NCBI GenBank assembly: GCA_010909165.1
Contig: VJWM01000108.1
Coordinates: forward strand, 806,001 to 870,000
Direction: 5' to 3'
Length of the DNA: 64,000 bases
Origin: Anthoceros angustus
Taxonomy: Eukaryota > Plantae > Anthocerotophyta
Shown here: positions 1 through 13,500 of the stretch, piece by piece
Numbering within the stretch: the first letter of the stretch is position 1
Layout of the letters: each line of letters starts with the position of its first letter
The notes under the pieces: generated by a model
Databases searched by the model: none
What the model was told of the DNA's origin: nothing
The model's input: the letters and a program-made list of their open reading frames with translations, nothing else
Translations under genes and position numbers: made by a program

Positions 1-2029
1 TCACGTCTATGTAGCTGCCCTTCAAGCTTGTGCATTTGCCGCCGACTTGGAATCTGGCAGGAAAGTGCACTCTGATGTGTTGCACAGTGGCATTCCTTGT
101 AACATGTTTGTGGGAAATTGCCTGGTGGACATGTATGTAAAATGTGGTGAACTGAAAGATGCCCGCCACGTTTTTGACAGCATGGCCACTAAGAACGTTG
201 TGACATGGAATGCCCTGATAGCTGGGTATGCTAAATGTGGTGAACTAAAAGATGCACGCCAGGTTTTTGACAGCATGAGCACAAAGAATGTGGTGACCTG
301 GAATGCCCTGATAGCTGGGTATGCCCAGCAAGGGCTCGGACATGAGGCCCTCGCTCTGTATGGACAGATGGAGCAGGAGGGCCTCATTTTGGCTGACCGT
401 GTTACTTTTGCATGCCTTCTGAATGCCTGCACAAACACTGGTTCCTTACAGAAGGGCAGGCAGCTGCACTCACTGATTGTTGAACGAGGACTGCTGGATG
501 ACGTATTGGTGGGCAACTGCCTGGTGGACATGTATGCAAAGTGTGGTGAACTGAAAGACGCACGCCAGGTTTTTGACAGCATGGCTACAAAGGATGTGGT
601 GACATGGACCCTATTGCTGGGTATGCACAGCAAGGACTCGGCCAAAGGGCGCTGGACAAATGGAGCAGGAGGGCCTGATTTTGGCTGACCATGTTACTTT
701 TGCTTGCTGAAGGCCTGTGCAAGCACTGGTGCCTTACAGAAGGGCAGCTGCACTCAGATTGTGTTGAAGAGGACTGCTGGATACGTTGTGTTGGGCACTG
801 CCTGGTGGACATGTATGCAAAATGTGGTGAACTGGAAGATGCACGCCAGGTTTTTGACAAACAAAGGATGTGGGACATGGAATGCCCTGATTGCTGGTAT
901 GCTGGGAGGACTTGGCCAAGAGGCGCTTGTGTATGGACAAATGGAGGAGGGCTCATTTTGGCTGACGATGTTACTTTTGCTTGCCTTCTGAAGGCCTGTG
1001 GAAGCACTGGTGCCTTACAGAAGGGCAGGCAGCTGCACTCACAGAGGACTGCTGACGTACTGGTGGGCACCTGCCTGGTGGACATGTATGCAAAATGTGG
1101 TAACTGGAGATGCACGGTTTTGACAGCAACAAAAATGGTGACATGGACCACCTGATATCTGGGTATGGTATTGTGATGAAGGTCACAAGGCACTAGCTTG
1201 TTTTGAGAGATGTTAGTTGCTGTATTCAGCCTAATTACTGCTTGCCTTTTAGTAGCATGCAGTCATGAGGACTGGTCCATGAGGGTCCTCAAGCACTTTG
1301 ATTCCATGAACAGCATGGCATCAAACCTAATTGAGCATTACATTTGCATGATTGATCTTCTTGGGCGTGCAGGCCATTTAGATGAGGCAGAGAAGATGCT
1401 GTCATGTGAGGGCCAAAATAATGTTGTGGGGTTGACGTCTTTGTTGAATGCCTGCAAAAATCACGGGATATAGAGAGGGCGATTGGTGTTTTGAAAGCAT
1501 TGTCAGACTGGACCCTCAAAGGGCTTCTGCGTATGTGCTTATGGCCAATGCCTACGCAGATGCAGGTAGATGGACCGATGTAGACAGGATTGAAACACAC
1601 AGACGGGTAGCAGGAGCTAATAAGAAACCTGCAGTGGCGACCATTGAGGTGAAAAAGCAGGTCCATAGATTTCTGGTGGGAGAAACAAGAGAGGATATTG
1701 CCCGAAAGGTAGAGAGCGCGAATGCACTTCTGAAGGAGGAAGGAGGCCACGTTCCTCACACAAGATTGGTGTTGAAGCCACTGTGTGAGAAAGGAAAGGA
1801 AGATGTGCTTTGTGGGCATGCCGAGAAACTAGCTCTGGCGTTCGGTCTCTTGAACACTCCGAGTGGAACACCTTTGGTAGTAACGAAGAATCTACGCATG
1901 TGCAGTGACTGCCACAGCTCCACGGAGATCATGTCAAGGCTTGAACAGAGACATTGTTGTAAGGGATGGGTACCGTGTGCATCGATTCGCGGCTGTTGCA
2001 GTTGTAAGGGTCGACAGAAAGACGAGTAG
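1..2029 (+). pseudogene. PLS-PPR-E1-E2-DYW:KP RNA-editing factor, locus A (5'-partial, frameshifted in this sequence)
   Basis: ORFs 47-688, 691-1155, 1210-1473 and 1448-2029 give S/SS/P/L motifs, P2L2S2, E1/E2 and KKPAVATIEV…GHAEKLALAFGLL…CSDCH…GR. It is near-identical to locus C. The frameshifts may be consensus errors. Confidence 0.9.
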
Positions 2030-2347
2030 GCAGTGATCGGACGCCAGAGAATGTGCTTGATTAACCATGTCAAGACGTCTATGGAGGACCTGGATGGCTA
2101 ACACTGATCCTCCTCTCATCCTTAACAGGGATATTAAGAGCCGAACGAATATCTCTCCGGAGGAATTGGAGACTGATCCAATGAATTGAGCCCGAAACTA
2201 AGAAGCGTAGCTAACATGTTCGTTTCTGTCCAAAACCTGCAAACCAACCCTGTCTAGGCACTATCCTTCAGGTGGGGGTGGCATCAGGACAGCCTTCTGC
2301 CATAGTCTGTTGTCAAACTCGCATCGTCCGATAGCGAACCCTGAACG

Positions 2348-5120
2348 ATGACCACAGTATGGCAACCGGACCCGTTGTGGACCCAACAAATTGGTGTGTA
2401 CAGGGATTCTACGAGGAGCTCCTGCTCACCTCATCTTGGGAGTCACCCTGGCAAACACCAAGCCCAGGTGCAGCAGTGTAAGGAGCCCAGCACTTCCACC
2501 TGAGAATGTGGGGGGGGACGGATTTTTCCAGCGATGGTCGTCGCCAGGAGCAGGAGGAGCAGGAGCACTTGTGGCAACAATTTTTCTGGACCCTACCATG
2601 TGGTGGGACAACAGACGAGATAAGAAGAGCTGTTCGCCTGACTTCCGGCGTAAGGGGTCCGGCGAGGTGGTTAAACAACATGTTCAAGCCAGCTTGGGTT
2701 GATGAGCAGCTCGTTTCCTTGGATATGCAGATGGGTCATGGTGCCTCCTTCCAAGTCGAGCTCTCCGGATAAGCCTGAACCTGCAGGCGTGCAGGATCGG
2801 AAATGGGCGTCGTAACGGCTGGAACCGTGAGCATGTTATGTCAGCAGGGAAGCTTTCTGAGGCCGTTGGAGCCCTGGAATCTCTGGCGCAGACAGACTCT
2901 GCTATTTCAGTCTCTGTTTACACTGTGCTGAAACTGTGTACAGCTAAGAAGGATTTGGTTGTGGGGCGACGAGTTCATGATCTCACTGTCAAACTTGGGT
3001 ACGAGTCGAATGCATTTGGGAACCATATCTTGCGCATGTATGCATGTGGAGGTAGGCTGCAGGAGGCCATGGATGTGTTCACCAGGTGGGCAAACCAAAT
3101 GTGGTCTTCCATAATCGCCATGCTAAGCAGGGAAACCTAAGGAGGCCATACAACTGTACCATGAGATGCGTAGGTCAGGAGTGAAGGCGGATGGTCTTTG
3201 TAGCTTCTAAGCTTGTGCATCCGACTTGGAATCTGGCAGAAAAGTGCACTGTGATGTTGCACAGTGGCATTCCTCCTGACTTTTGTTGGCACTGCCTGGT
3301 GACATGTATGCAAAATGTGGAAATGGAAGATGCACGCCAGGTTTTTGACAGCATGCAAAAAGGATGTGGTGACATGGACGCCCTGATTGCTGGACAGCTG
3401 AACAGGCGCTTGTTGTGTATGGACAAATGGAGCAGAGGGCCTGATTTTGGCTGACATGTTGCCTTCTGAAGCCTGAAAGCACTGGTGCCTTAGACAGGCA
3501 GCTGCACTCAGATTGTGAGGACTATGCAAAATGGTGGGCAGCTGCCTGGTGACATGTATGAAAATGCACGCCAGGTTTTTGAAGCATGGCAAAGGATGTG
3601 GTGACATGGAATGCCCTGATTGCTGGGTATAGCAAGGGCTTGGACATGAGGCACTTTTTGTGTATGGACAAATGGAGCAGGAGGGCCTCATTTTGGCTGA
3701 CCATGTTACTTTTGCCTGCCTTCTGAAGGCCTGTGCAAGTACTGGTGCCTTACAGCAGGGCAGGCAGCTGCACTCACAGATTGTCGAAAGACGACTGCTG
3801 GATAATGTAGTGTTGGGCACCTGCCTGGTGGACATGTATGCAAAATGTGGTGAACTAAAGGATGCACGCCAGGTCTTTGACAGCTTGGCCACAAAGAATG
3901 TGGTTACATGGACGGCGCTGATTGCTGGGTATGCACAGCAAGGGCTCGGCCAAGAGGCACTTGCAGTGTATGGGCAAATGGAGGAAGGAGGCCTCATTTT
4001 GGCTGACGATGTTACTTTTGCTTGCCTTCTGAAAGCCTGTGGAAGCACTGGTGCTTTACAGAAGGGCAAGCAGCTGCACTCGCACATTGTGGAAAGAGGA
4101 CTCGTGGATTACGTGGTGTTGGGCACCTGCCTGGTGGACATGTATGCAAAATGTGGTGAACTGGAAGATGCACGACGGGTTTTTGATGGCATGAAGACAA
4201 AAAATGTCGTGACATGGAATGCCCTGATATCTGGGTATGGTACTTGCGATGATGGTCAGAGAGCACTAGCTTGTTTCGAGGAGATGTTAGTTGCCGGTAT
4301 TCAGCCTGATGATGCTACTTATACTTGCCTTCTAGCAGCATGCAGTCATGGGGGACTAGTCCACGAGGGTCGCAAGCACTTTCATTCAATGGCTGATCTA
4401 CATGGCATCAAACCAACTCTTGAGCATTACACGTGCATGATTGATCTTCTTGGGCGTGCAGGCCATTTAGAGGAGGCAAAGAACATGCTTCTGTCATGTG
4501 AGGGCGAAAGTAATGTTGTGGGCTTGACGTCGTTGTTGAATGCCTGCAAAAGTCATGGGGATATAGAGAGGGCGATGTGGTGTTTCGATAGCATTGTTAG
4601 GCTGGACCCCCAGGAGGCACCCGCATATGTGCTCATGGCCACTGCCTACGCAGATGCAGGTAGGTGGACTGATGTAGACAGGATTGAAAGACAAAGAATG
4701 GTAGCAGGAGCTAATAAGAAACCTGCAGTGGCGACCATTGAGGTGAATACGCAGGTGCATAGATTTCTGGTGGGAGAAAGGAGAGAGGATATTGCGGTCA
4801 AGGTAGACAGCACAAATGCACGTCTAAAGCAGGAAGGAGGCCATGTACCTCACACAAAGTTGGTGCTGAAGCCACTGAGTGAAAACGGAAAGGAAGACGT
4901 GCTTTGTGGGCATGCTGAGAAATTAGCTCTGGCATTTGGTCTCTTGAACACTCCGAGTGGGACACCTCTGATGGTAACGAAGAATCTACGCATGTGCAGT
5001 GACTGCCATAGTTCCACGGAGATTATGTCAAGGCTTGAACAGAGAGACATTGTTGTGAGGGATGGGTACCGTGTGCATCGATTCGCCAATGGTTGTTGCA
5101 CCTGTAAGGGTCGACCATGA
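2348..5120 (+). CDS. PDF-motif/PLS-PPR/DYW:KP (GRP) editing factor, locus B; 3660-5120 is an intact frame, the 5' part is frameshifted
   Basis: The leader starts ATG ACC ACA GTA TGG at 2348 and the PDF motif lies at 2566-2676. The 486-aa ORF runs PLS-P2L2S2-E1E2-KKPAVATIEV…HAEKLA…CSDCH…CCTCKGRP*. Confidence 0.9.
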
Positions 5121-5834
5121 GTATAAAAAACAACTCGCCAGTGCTCAAGTGTGAACGCCAGAGAACATTGCGTTTTCCTTTGCGAATGCTAAAGTGCACA
5201 CCGCTGTCCAAACTGAGACATGGATATGAATGACCCTTAGCAAATTCCTAAATGAAAATCAATAAAAAGCTGGCTGGGAACCTGCAAACGAGAGAAGGAC
5301 GCATGGAGGATGACTTCCTTGAAGTGTCCAAGCAGTCTGATGCTGAAGCCTCTAGCCCTTTCTTCTAGGTCGTGAGCCCTTGAAGTAGGGCCCGAATAGT
5401 GAGGGTCCTGATTAGAATGGAATGCAGACAATGGCCATAATCCAGCCGCATGTAGGCACTCCTTGCTCCTCGATGCTGTCCAGGTTGGTAGTTTCGCCCA
5501 CCGCCTCAGGAATTACTGCCTCAGCCTCTGCTGGAGCTGGTGGTTACCCGCACTACTCGGGACCCCACAGCTTACAGATGTGCTGGATCCTTGGCATCAG
5601 CGTCCCAGTCGCATCATGTGTTGTTTTCCTAGGTACGTGGTGAAAAATCGTGCATTAGGGTAGTGTGGTCTTACATACGTAGGCATCCGGCCATAGTCTA
5701 TCACTAGCCTCAACTTCCGACAGCGCGGTCCTTGAACGCTGGTTGTTAGCCTCAAGTTCGTGTTGTTAGCCTGACCTTCCGACAGCGGTCCTGGAACGCT
5801 GGTTGTCAGCCCTCGCCGACAGCGGTCCTTGACG

Positions 5835-5881
5835 ATGGTCACAGTATGGCAACCGGACCCGTTCTGGACCCAACAAATCGG
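5835..5881 (+). pseudogene. Truncated PPR leader (first ~15 codons) interrupted by an LTR-like repeat
   Basis: ATGGTCACAGTATGGCAACCGGACCCGTTCTGGACCCAACAAATCGG matches the start of loci B and D. The same fragment recurs at ~14719 and ~15834. Confidence 0.75.
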
Positions 5882-6235
5882 TGTAGACCTGAATACACCA
5901 TTCTTCTAGGATTCTACCCTCTAGCCCAAAGTCTCGCTTAAATTTGTTTTTTTTTTTCGTGCAAATGTACTATTTAACCCAGAAATACCAGCCAAGTAAC
6001 ACCCCGTTTTCAAGGAGGTGGGGCAGTCAAGCAGTTAGTGACAAAAACATCACCAAACACCAGCACTAGGCCTCCAAGTAGCCCGCCGTCCATCCACGGG
6101 AAGACTCGCAGTCAGCACGTTAGACTCGCAGACTGCTGTTTATTCCAAAGAAGAGTCAACAGAATACATGAGACAAGAGCTCCCGTTCGCCTGACTTCCG
6201 GCGTAAGGGGTCCGGCGAGGTCCTGTGGTTAAACA
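5882..6235 (-). mobile_element. LTR-like repeat, internally deleted/chimeric copy
   Basis: Near-identical to 14767-15060, then switches to 50 bp of PDF-coding sequence. Confidence 0.55.
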
Positions 6236-6852
6236 GACTTTCTTCCTTCCTTAAGCTAAGTCTTACCACCACTACTTACAACTTACTAACTAGATCCAGT
6301 GGCTGCATGTTTCTCATGCAAGGCTTACTAGCCCACTAAAATTGAGTGTTTGGAACCTTCTTATAATATTTGAAAATAATGACTCAATCATTTTCAGGCA
6401 TATAGTGGTGTTTTGTACCTCCATTAGAATTCATTTAATAGATAATTAAAAATGAATATTCTAATTTATATATGTAATACCAAATCTACTTGAATCTCTT
6501 CTTCAATCCTTCAATCCAAACAAAACTCAAAGGCTGTTTGTTGATATTCTAACCATAGCTTCATTTGTCCCTCGTGTGTTTGCCCATATAGTGCAGAGTT
6601 TTGGGAAATTGATCGGGTATTTGCATTCCGTGTGATTTAGAGGACCCCGAAGGACCTTACATCGGAGATCATATATCAAGCGCCCTTGACGACCTTCAAA
6701 ACCTTACAATAGCAGCGCTTTTTGAAGGTGAGACAACAAAGATTATATGTTAAGCGGCCTCGAAGGGCTTGGAGAAGCATGTCACCAAGGCTTGAGTAAT
6801 CGGGGTGGAGGTACCCCATCCCATTGGTGACCGGGGCACGTACCCATGGAAC

Positions 6853-6993
6853 TAACGAAGAATCTACGCATGTGCAGTGACTGCCACAGTTCCACGGAGA
6901 TCATGTCAAGGCTTGAACAGAGACATTGTTGTAAGGGATGGGTACCGTGCATCGATTCGCAGCTGGTTGTTGCAGTTGTAAGGTCGACCGTGA
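6853..6993 (+). pseudogene. Isolated DYW:KP C-terminal fragment
   Basis: Encodes TKNLRMCSDCHSSTEIMSRLEQR and ends in gtcgaccgtga, the end of the GRP domain. Confidence 0.85.
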
Positions 6994-7481
6994 GAATAGT
7001 GAACCACAGTGGTCAAGCGTGTACGCCAAAAAGTTTCTCTTTTGTTCTTGGGTGAAATGTTTGTGCATCCTGTCATGAGACGTGGATCAGCATCCATCCA
7101 TCATGTCTCATCACAGACAATGCAAGGCTCTTCAGAGGAGGACATGGAGCTTTTGCATTGCTGAATATTTCTGCTGAAACTTGAACCGTAACTCTCTCGG
7201 TACCCAATGAAAAACTGCCTGCAGGTCCTTCCTGGTGTGTCAACAGTGCCTCTGCATCTCCCTGTCATCTGTTTTGCAAACTCAGCCTTTCCGCGATGAA
7301 ATGGTGCGCAGTCACCATGGACTGCGTTGTCATCGTCGTTGCCTAACATCTCATGAATCTGGGCATGGTCTGCAACCATCACGTGGAGACCATCATCCTG
7401 GCGAACAGGCGCTGAACAGCCTTGTCCGGACTGCCGTGGACACAAGGTTGTGACTCCTGCTCAACAGCGGTCCCTGAGCAG

Positions 7482-10230
7482 ATGGCAGCAGTGGCAACCC
7501 ACTTCACCAACAAAATTGGGGTGTGTGGGGATTCTACAGGAGAGGTCACTTCAGAGCAAACAATGCAGGCTGGCAGCACTTCCACTTTTTCTGGACCCTA
7601 CCATGTGGTGGGACAACAGACGAGATAAGAAGAGCTCCCGTTCGCCTGACTTCCGGCGTAAGGGGTCCGGCGAGGTCCTGTGGTTAAACAGCATGTTAAG
7701 CCAGCTTGGGTTGATGAGCAGCTCGTTTCCTTGGATATGCAGATGGGTCATGGTGCCTCTCCTTCGAGCTCTCCGGATAAGCCTGAACCTGGAGGCGTGC
7801 AGGATCGGAAATGGGCGTCGTAACGGCTGGAACCGTGAGCATGTTATGTCAGCAGGGAAGCTTTCTGAGGCCGTTGGAGCCCTGGAATCTCTGGCGCAGA
7901 CAGACTCTATTCTCAGTCTCTGTTTACTGTGCTAAAACTGTGTACAGCTAAGAAGGATTTGGTTGTGGGGCGACGAGTTCATGATCTCACTGTCAAACTT
8001 GGGTACGAGTCGATACATGAGAACCATATCTTGCGCATGTATGCATGTGGAGGCAGCTGCAGGAGGCCATGGATGTGTTCACCAGGGTGGGAACCAGATG
8101 TTTCATGTGGTCTTCCATAATCTCTGCATATGCTAAGCATGGGAAACCTAATGAGGCCATACAACTGTACCATGAGATGCGTAGGTCAGGAGTGAAGGCG
8201 GATGCTCACGTCTTTGTAGCTGCCCTTCAAGCTTGTGCATTGCCGCCGACTTGGAATCTGGCAGAAAAGTGCACTGTGATGTGTTGCACAGTGGCATTCC
8301 TGACTTGTTTGTTGGCAACTGCCTGGTGGACATGTATGCAAAATGTGGTGAACTGAAAGATGCACGCCAGGTTTTTGACAGCATGGCCACAAAGGATGTG
8401 GTGACATGGAATGCCCTGATAGCTGGGTATGCAAAATGTGGTGAACTGAAAGATGCATAGGTTTTTGACAGCATGGCACAAAGAATGTGGTGACATGGAA
8501 TGCCCTGATAGCTGGGTATGCACAGCAAGGACTTGGCCAGAGGCGCTTGTCTGTATGGACAAATGGAGCAGGAGGGCCTCATTTTGACCATGTTACTTTT
8601 GCTTGCCTTCTGAAGGCCTGTGCAAGCACTGGTTACAGAAGGGCAGGCAGCTGCACTCACTGATTGTTGAAGAGGACTGCTGGATGACGTATTGGTGGGC
8701 AACTGCCTGGTGGACATGTATGCAAAATGTGGTGAACTGGAAGATGCACGCCAGGTTTTTGACAGCATGGCACAAAGGATGTGGTGACATGGACCCTGAT
8801 TGCTGGGTATGCACAGCAAGGACTCGGCCAAAGGGCGCTGGACAAATGGAGCAGGAGGGCCTGATTTTGGCTGACCATGTTACTTTTGCTTGCTGAAGGC
8901 CTGTGCAAGCACTGGTGCCTTACAGAAGGGCAGCTGCACTCAGATTGTGTTGAAGAGGACTGCTGGATACGTTGTGTTGGGCACTGCCTGGTGGACATGT
9001 ATGCAAAATGTGGTGAACTGGAAGATGCACGCCAGGTTTTTGACAACAAAGGATGTGGTGACATGGAATGCCCTGATTGCTGGTATGCTGGGAGGACTTG
9101 GCCAAGAGGCGCTTGTGTATGGACAAATGGAGAGGAGGCCTCATTTTGGCTGACGATGTTACTTTTGCTTGCCTTCTGAAGGCCTGTGGAAGCACTGGTG
9201 CCTTACAGAAGGGCAGGCAGCTGCACTCACAGAGGACTGCTGACGTACTGGTGGGCACCTGCCTGGTGGACATGTATGCAAAATGTGGTAACCTGGATGA
9301 TGCACGGTTTTTGACAGCTTAGCCACAAAGGATGTGGTGACATGGACCACCCTGATTTCTGGGTATGGTGATTGTGATGAAGGTCACAAGGCGCTAGCTT
9401 GTTTTGAGGAGATGATAGTTGCTGGTATTCAGCCTAACGATGCAACTTTTACTTGCCTTTTAGTAGCATGCAGTCATGAGGGACTGGTCCATGAGGGTCT
9501 CAAGCACTTCGGTTCCATGACTGAACAGCATGGCCTTAGACCTAGGATTGAACATTACATTTGCATGATTGATCTTCTTGGTCGTGCAGGCCATTTAGAC
9601 GAGGCAGAGAAGATGCTGTTGTCATGTGAGGGCCAAAGTAATGTTGTGGGGTTGACGTCTTTGTTGAATGCCTGCAAAAATCACGGGGACATAGAGAGGG
9701 CGATTGGTGTTTTGAAAGCATTGTTAGGCTGGACCCTCAAAGGGCCTGCGTATGTGCTCATGGCCAATGCCTACGCAGATGCAGGTAGGTGGACCGATGT
9801 AGACAGGATTGAAACACAGAGAAGGTAGCAGGAGCTAACAAGAAACCTGCAGTGGCGACCATTGAGGTGAATAAGCAGGTACATAGATTTCTGGTGGGAG
9901 AAAGAGAGGATATTGCCAAGGTAGAGCACGAATGCACGTCTGAAGGAGGAAGGGCACGTACCTCACACAAAGTTGGTGTTGAAGCCACTGTGTGAGAAGG
10001 AAAGGAAGATGTGCTTTGTGGGCATGCTGAAGCTAGCTCTGGCGTTCGGTCTCTTGAACACTCCGAGTGGAACACCTTTGGTAGTAACGAAGAATCTACG
10101 CATGTGCAGTGACTGCCACAGCTCCACGGAGATCATGTCAAGGCTTGAACAGAGGGACATTGTGGTAAGGGATGGGTACCGTGTGCACCGATTCGCGGCT
10201 GGCTGTTGCAGTTGTCAGGGTCGACCGTGA
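7482..10230 (+). pseudogene. PDF/PLS-PPR/DYW:KP locus C (frameshifted in this sequence)
   Basis: Degenerate leader, PDF motif at 7586-7689, PLS and SS motifs, and a DYW ending GCCSCQGRP* at 10230. Confidence 0.9.
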
Positions 10231-10563
10231 GAAAAACGACGAGGTAGGTAGTGATCAAGCGCGGACGCCAGAGAATAGTGCTTGATTAACTCCATCCCTG
10301 GCCATCAGACACATATGGAGACCTGGATGGCTAACACTGATCCTCCTCTCATCCAACAGGGATGAAGAGCCAGACAGAATATCTCTGAGGTGGAACTGAT
10401 CAATGAATTGAGCCCAACAAGAACGTGTTCTTGTTTCGTTTCTGTCCAAAACCTGCAAACCAACTCCTGGGTACCCACGGCACTATCCTTCAGGTGGGGG
10501 TCATGCACAGCAGGACAGCCTTCTGCCATAGTCTGTTATACTCATCCGATAGCGCCCTGAACG

Positions 10564-13500
10564 ATGGCACAATGGCAACCGGACCCGTTGTGGACCCAAC
10601 AATTGGTGTGTGTACAGGATTCTACGAGCTCCGCTCACCTCACATCTTGGGAGTCACCTGGCAAACAGCAGCCTCAGGTGCAGCAGTGTAAGGAGCCCAG
10701 CACTTCCACTTCCGAGAAAATGTGGGGGGGGCGGTTTCAGCGATGGTCGTCGCCAGGGCAGGAGCAGGAGCAGCAGGAGCACTTGTGGCAACAATTTTTC
10801 TGGACCCTACCATGTGGTGGGACAACAGACGAGATAAGAAGAGCTCCCGTTCGCCTGACTTCCGGCGTAAGGGGTCCGGCGAGGTCCTGTGGTTAAACAA
10901 CATGTTAAGCCAGCTTGGGTTGATGAGCAGCTCGTTTCCTTGGATATGCAGATGGGTCATGGTGCCTCTCCTTCCAAGTCCAGCTCTCCGGATAAGCCTG
11001 AACTGGCAGGCGTGCAGGATCGGAAATGGGCGTCGTAACGGCTGAACCGTGAGCATGTTATGTCAGCAGGGAAGCTTTCTGAGGCCGTTGGAGCCCTGGA
11101 ATCTCTGGCGCAGACAGACTCTGCTATTCTCAGTCTCTGTTTTACACTGTGCTGAAACTGTGTACAGCTAAGAAGGATATGGTTGTGGGGCGACGAGTTC
11201 ATGATCTCACTGTCAAACTTGGGTACGATTCGAATGCATACTTGGGGAACCATATCTTGCGCATGTATGCATGTGGAGGTAGGCTGCAGGAGGCCATGGA
11301 TGTGTTCACCAGGGTGGGCAAACCAGATGCCTTCATGTGGTCTTCCATAATCTCCGCATACGCTAAGCATGGGAAACCTAAGGAGGCCATACAACTGTAC
11401 CATGAGATGCGTAGGTCAGGAGTGAAGGCGGATGCTCACGTCTTTGTAGCTGCCCTTCAAGCTTGTGCATTTGCCCGACTTGGAATCTGGCAGAAAATGC
11501 ACTGTGATGTGTTGCACAGTGGCATTCCTCCACTTGTTTGTTGGCACTGCCTGGTGGACATGTATGCAAAATGTGGCGAAATGGAAGCACGCCAGGTTTT
11601 GACAGCATGGCCACAAAGGATGTGGTGACATGGAATGCCCTGATTGCTGGGTATGCACAGCAGGGCTCCAACAGGCGCTTGTTGTGTATGGACAAATGGA
11701 GCAGGAGGCCTGATTTTGGCTGACCATGTTACAGCTTGCCTTCTGAAGGCCTGTGCAAGCACTGGTGCCTTACAGAAGGGCAGGCAGCTGCACTCACAGA
11801 TTGTCGAGGACTGCTGGATGACAAACTGGTGGGCAGCTGGTGGACATGTATGCAAAATGTGGTGAACTGGAAGATGCACAGGTTTTGACAGCTTGGCCAC
11901 AAAGGATGTGGTGACATGGACGGCCTGATTGCTGGGTATGCACAGCAAGGGCTCGGACAGAGGCACTTGTTGTGTATGGACAAATGGAGCAGGAGGGCCT
12001 CATTTGGCTGACCATGTTACTTTTGCTTGCCTTCTGAAGGCCTGTGCAAGCACTGGTGCCTTACAGAAGGGCAGGCAGCTGCACTCACAGATTGTGGAAG
12101 AGGACTGCTGGATAATGTAGTGTTGGGCACCTGCCTGGTGGACATGTATGCAAAATGTGGTGAACTGGAAGATGCACGCCAGGTTTTGACAGCTTGGCCA
12201 CAAAGGATGTGGTGACATGGAATGCCCTGATTGCTGGGTATGCAGCAAGGACTCGGCCAAGAGGCGCTTGTTGTGTATGGACAAATGGAGGAGGAGGCCT
12301 CATTTTGGCTGACGATGTTACTTTTGCTTGCCTTCTGAAGGCCTGTGGAAGCACTGGTGCCTTACAGAAGGGCAGGCAGCTGCACTCACATTGTGGAAAG
12401 AGGACTGCTGGATAACGTGGTGTTGGGCAACTGCCTGGTGGACATGTATGCAAAATGTGGTGAACTGGAAGATGCACAGGTTTTGACAGCTTGGCCACAA
12501 AGGATGTGGTGACATGGACGCTGATTGCTGGGTATGCAGCAAGGGCTCGGACAAAGAGGCACTTGTTGTGTATGGACAAATGGAGCAGGAGGCCTGATTT
12601 TGGCTGACCATGTTACTTTTGCTTGCCTTCTGAAGGCCTGTGCAAGCACTGGTGCCTTACAGAAGGGCAGGCAGCTGCACTCACAGATTGTGGAAAGAGG
12701 ACTGCTGGATAATGTAGTGTTGGGCACCTGCCTGGTGGACATGTATGCAAAATGTGGTGAACTGGAAGATGCACGCCAGGTTTTGACAGCAGCCACAAAG
12801 GATGTGGTGACATGGACGCTGATTGCTGGGTATGCACAGCAAGGACTCGCCAAGAGGCGCTTGTTGTGTATGGACAAATGGAGCAGGAGGGCCTCATTTT
12901 GGCTGACGATGTTGCCTTCTGAAGGCCTGTGCAAGCACTGGTGCCTTACAGAAGGGCAGGCAGCTGCACTCACATTGTGGAAAGAGGACTGCTGGATAAC
13001 GTGGTGTTGGGCACCTGCCTGGTGGACATGTATGCAAAATGTGGTGAACTGGAAGATGCACGCCAGGTTTTGACAGCATGAACACAAAAATGTGGTGACA
13101 TGGAATGCCCTGATATCTGGGTATGGTACATGATGGTCAGAGCACTAGCTTGTTTTGAGGAGATGTTAGTTGCCGGTATTCAGCCTGATGATGCTACTTA
13201 CTTGCCTTCTAGCAGCATGCAGTCATGAGGACTGGTCCACGAGGGTCGCAAGCACTTTGATTCCATGGCTGAACATGGCATCAAACCTACTATTGAGCAT
13301 TACAATTGCATGATTGATCTTCTTGGGCGTGCAGGCCATTTAGATGAGGCAGAGAAGATGCTTTGTCATGTGAGGCCAAAGTAATGTTGTGGGCTTGACG
13401 TCTTTGTTGAATGCCTGCAAAAGTCACGGGGATATAGAGGGCGATGTGGTGTTTCGAAAGCATTGTTAGGCTGGACCCCCAGGAGGCACCCGCATATGTG

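Noticed and set aside
22-13087. Many minus-strand ORFs of 100-300 aa (…SKTWRASSSSPHFAYMSTRQ…)
   Set aside because: These are antisense shadows of the repetitive PPR coding strand. The same applies at 30589-31889, 45182-46253 and 59091-61871.
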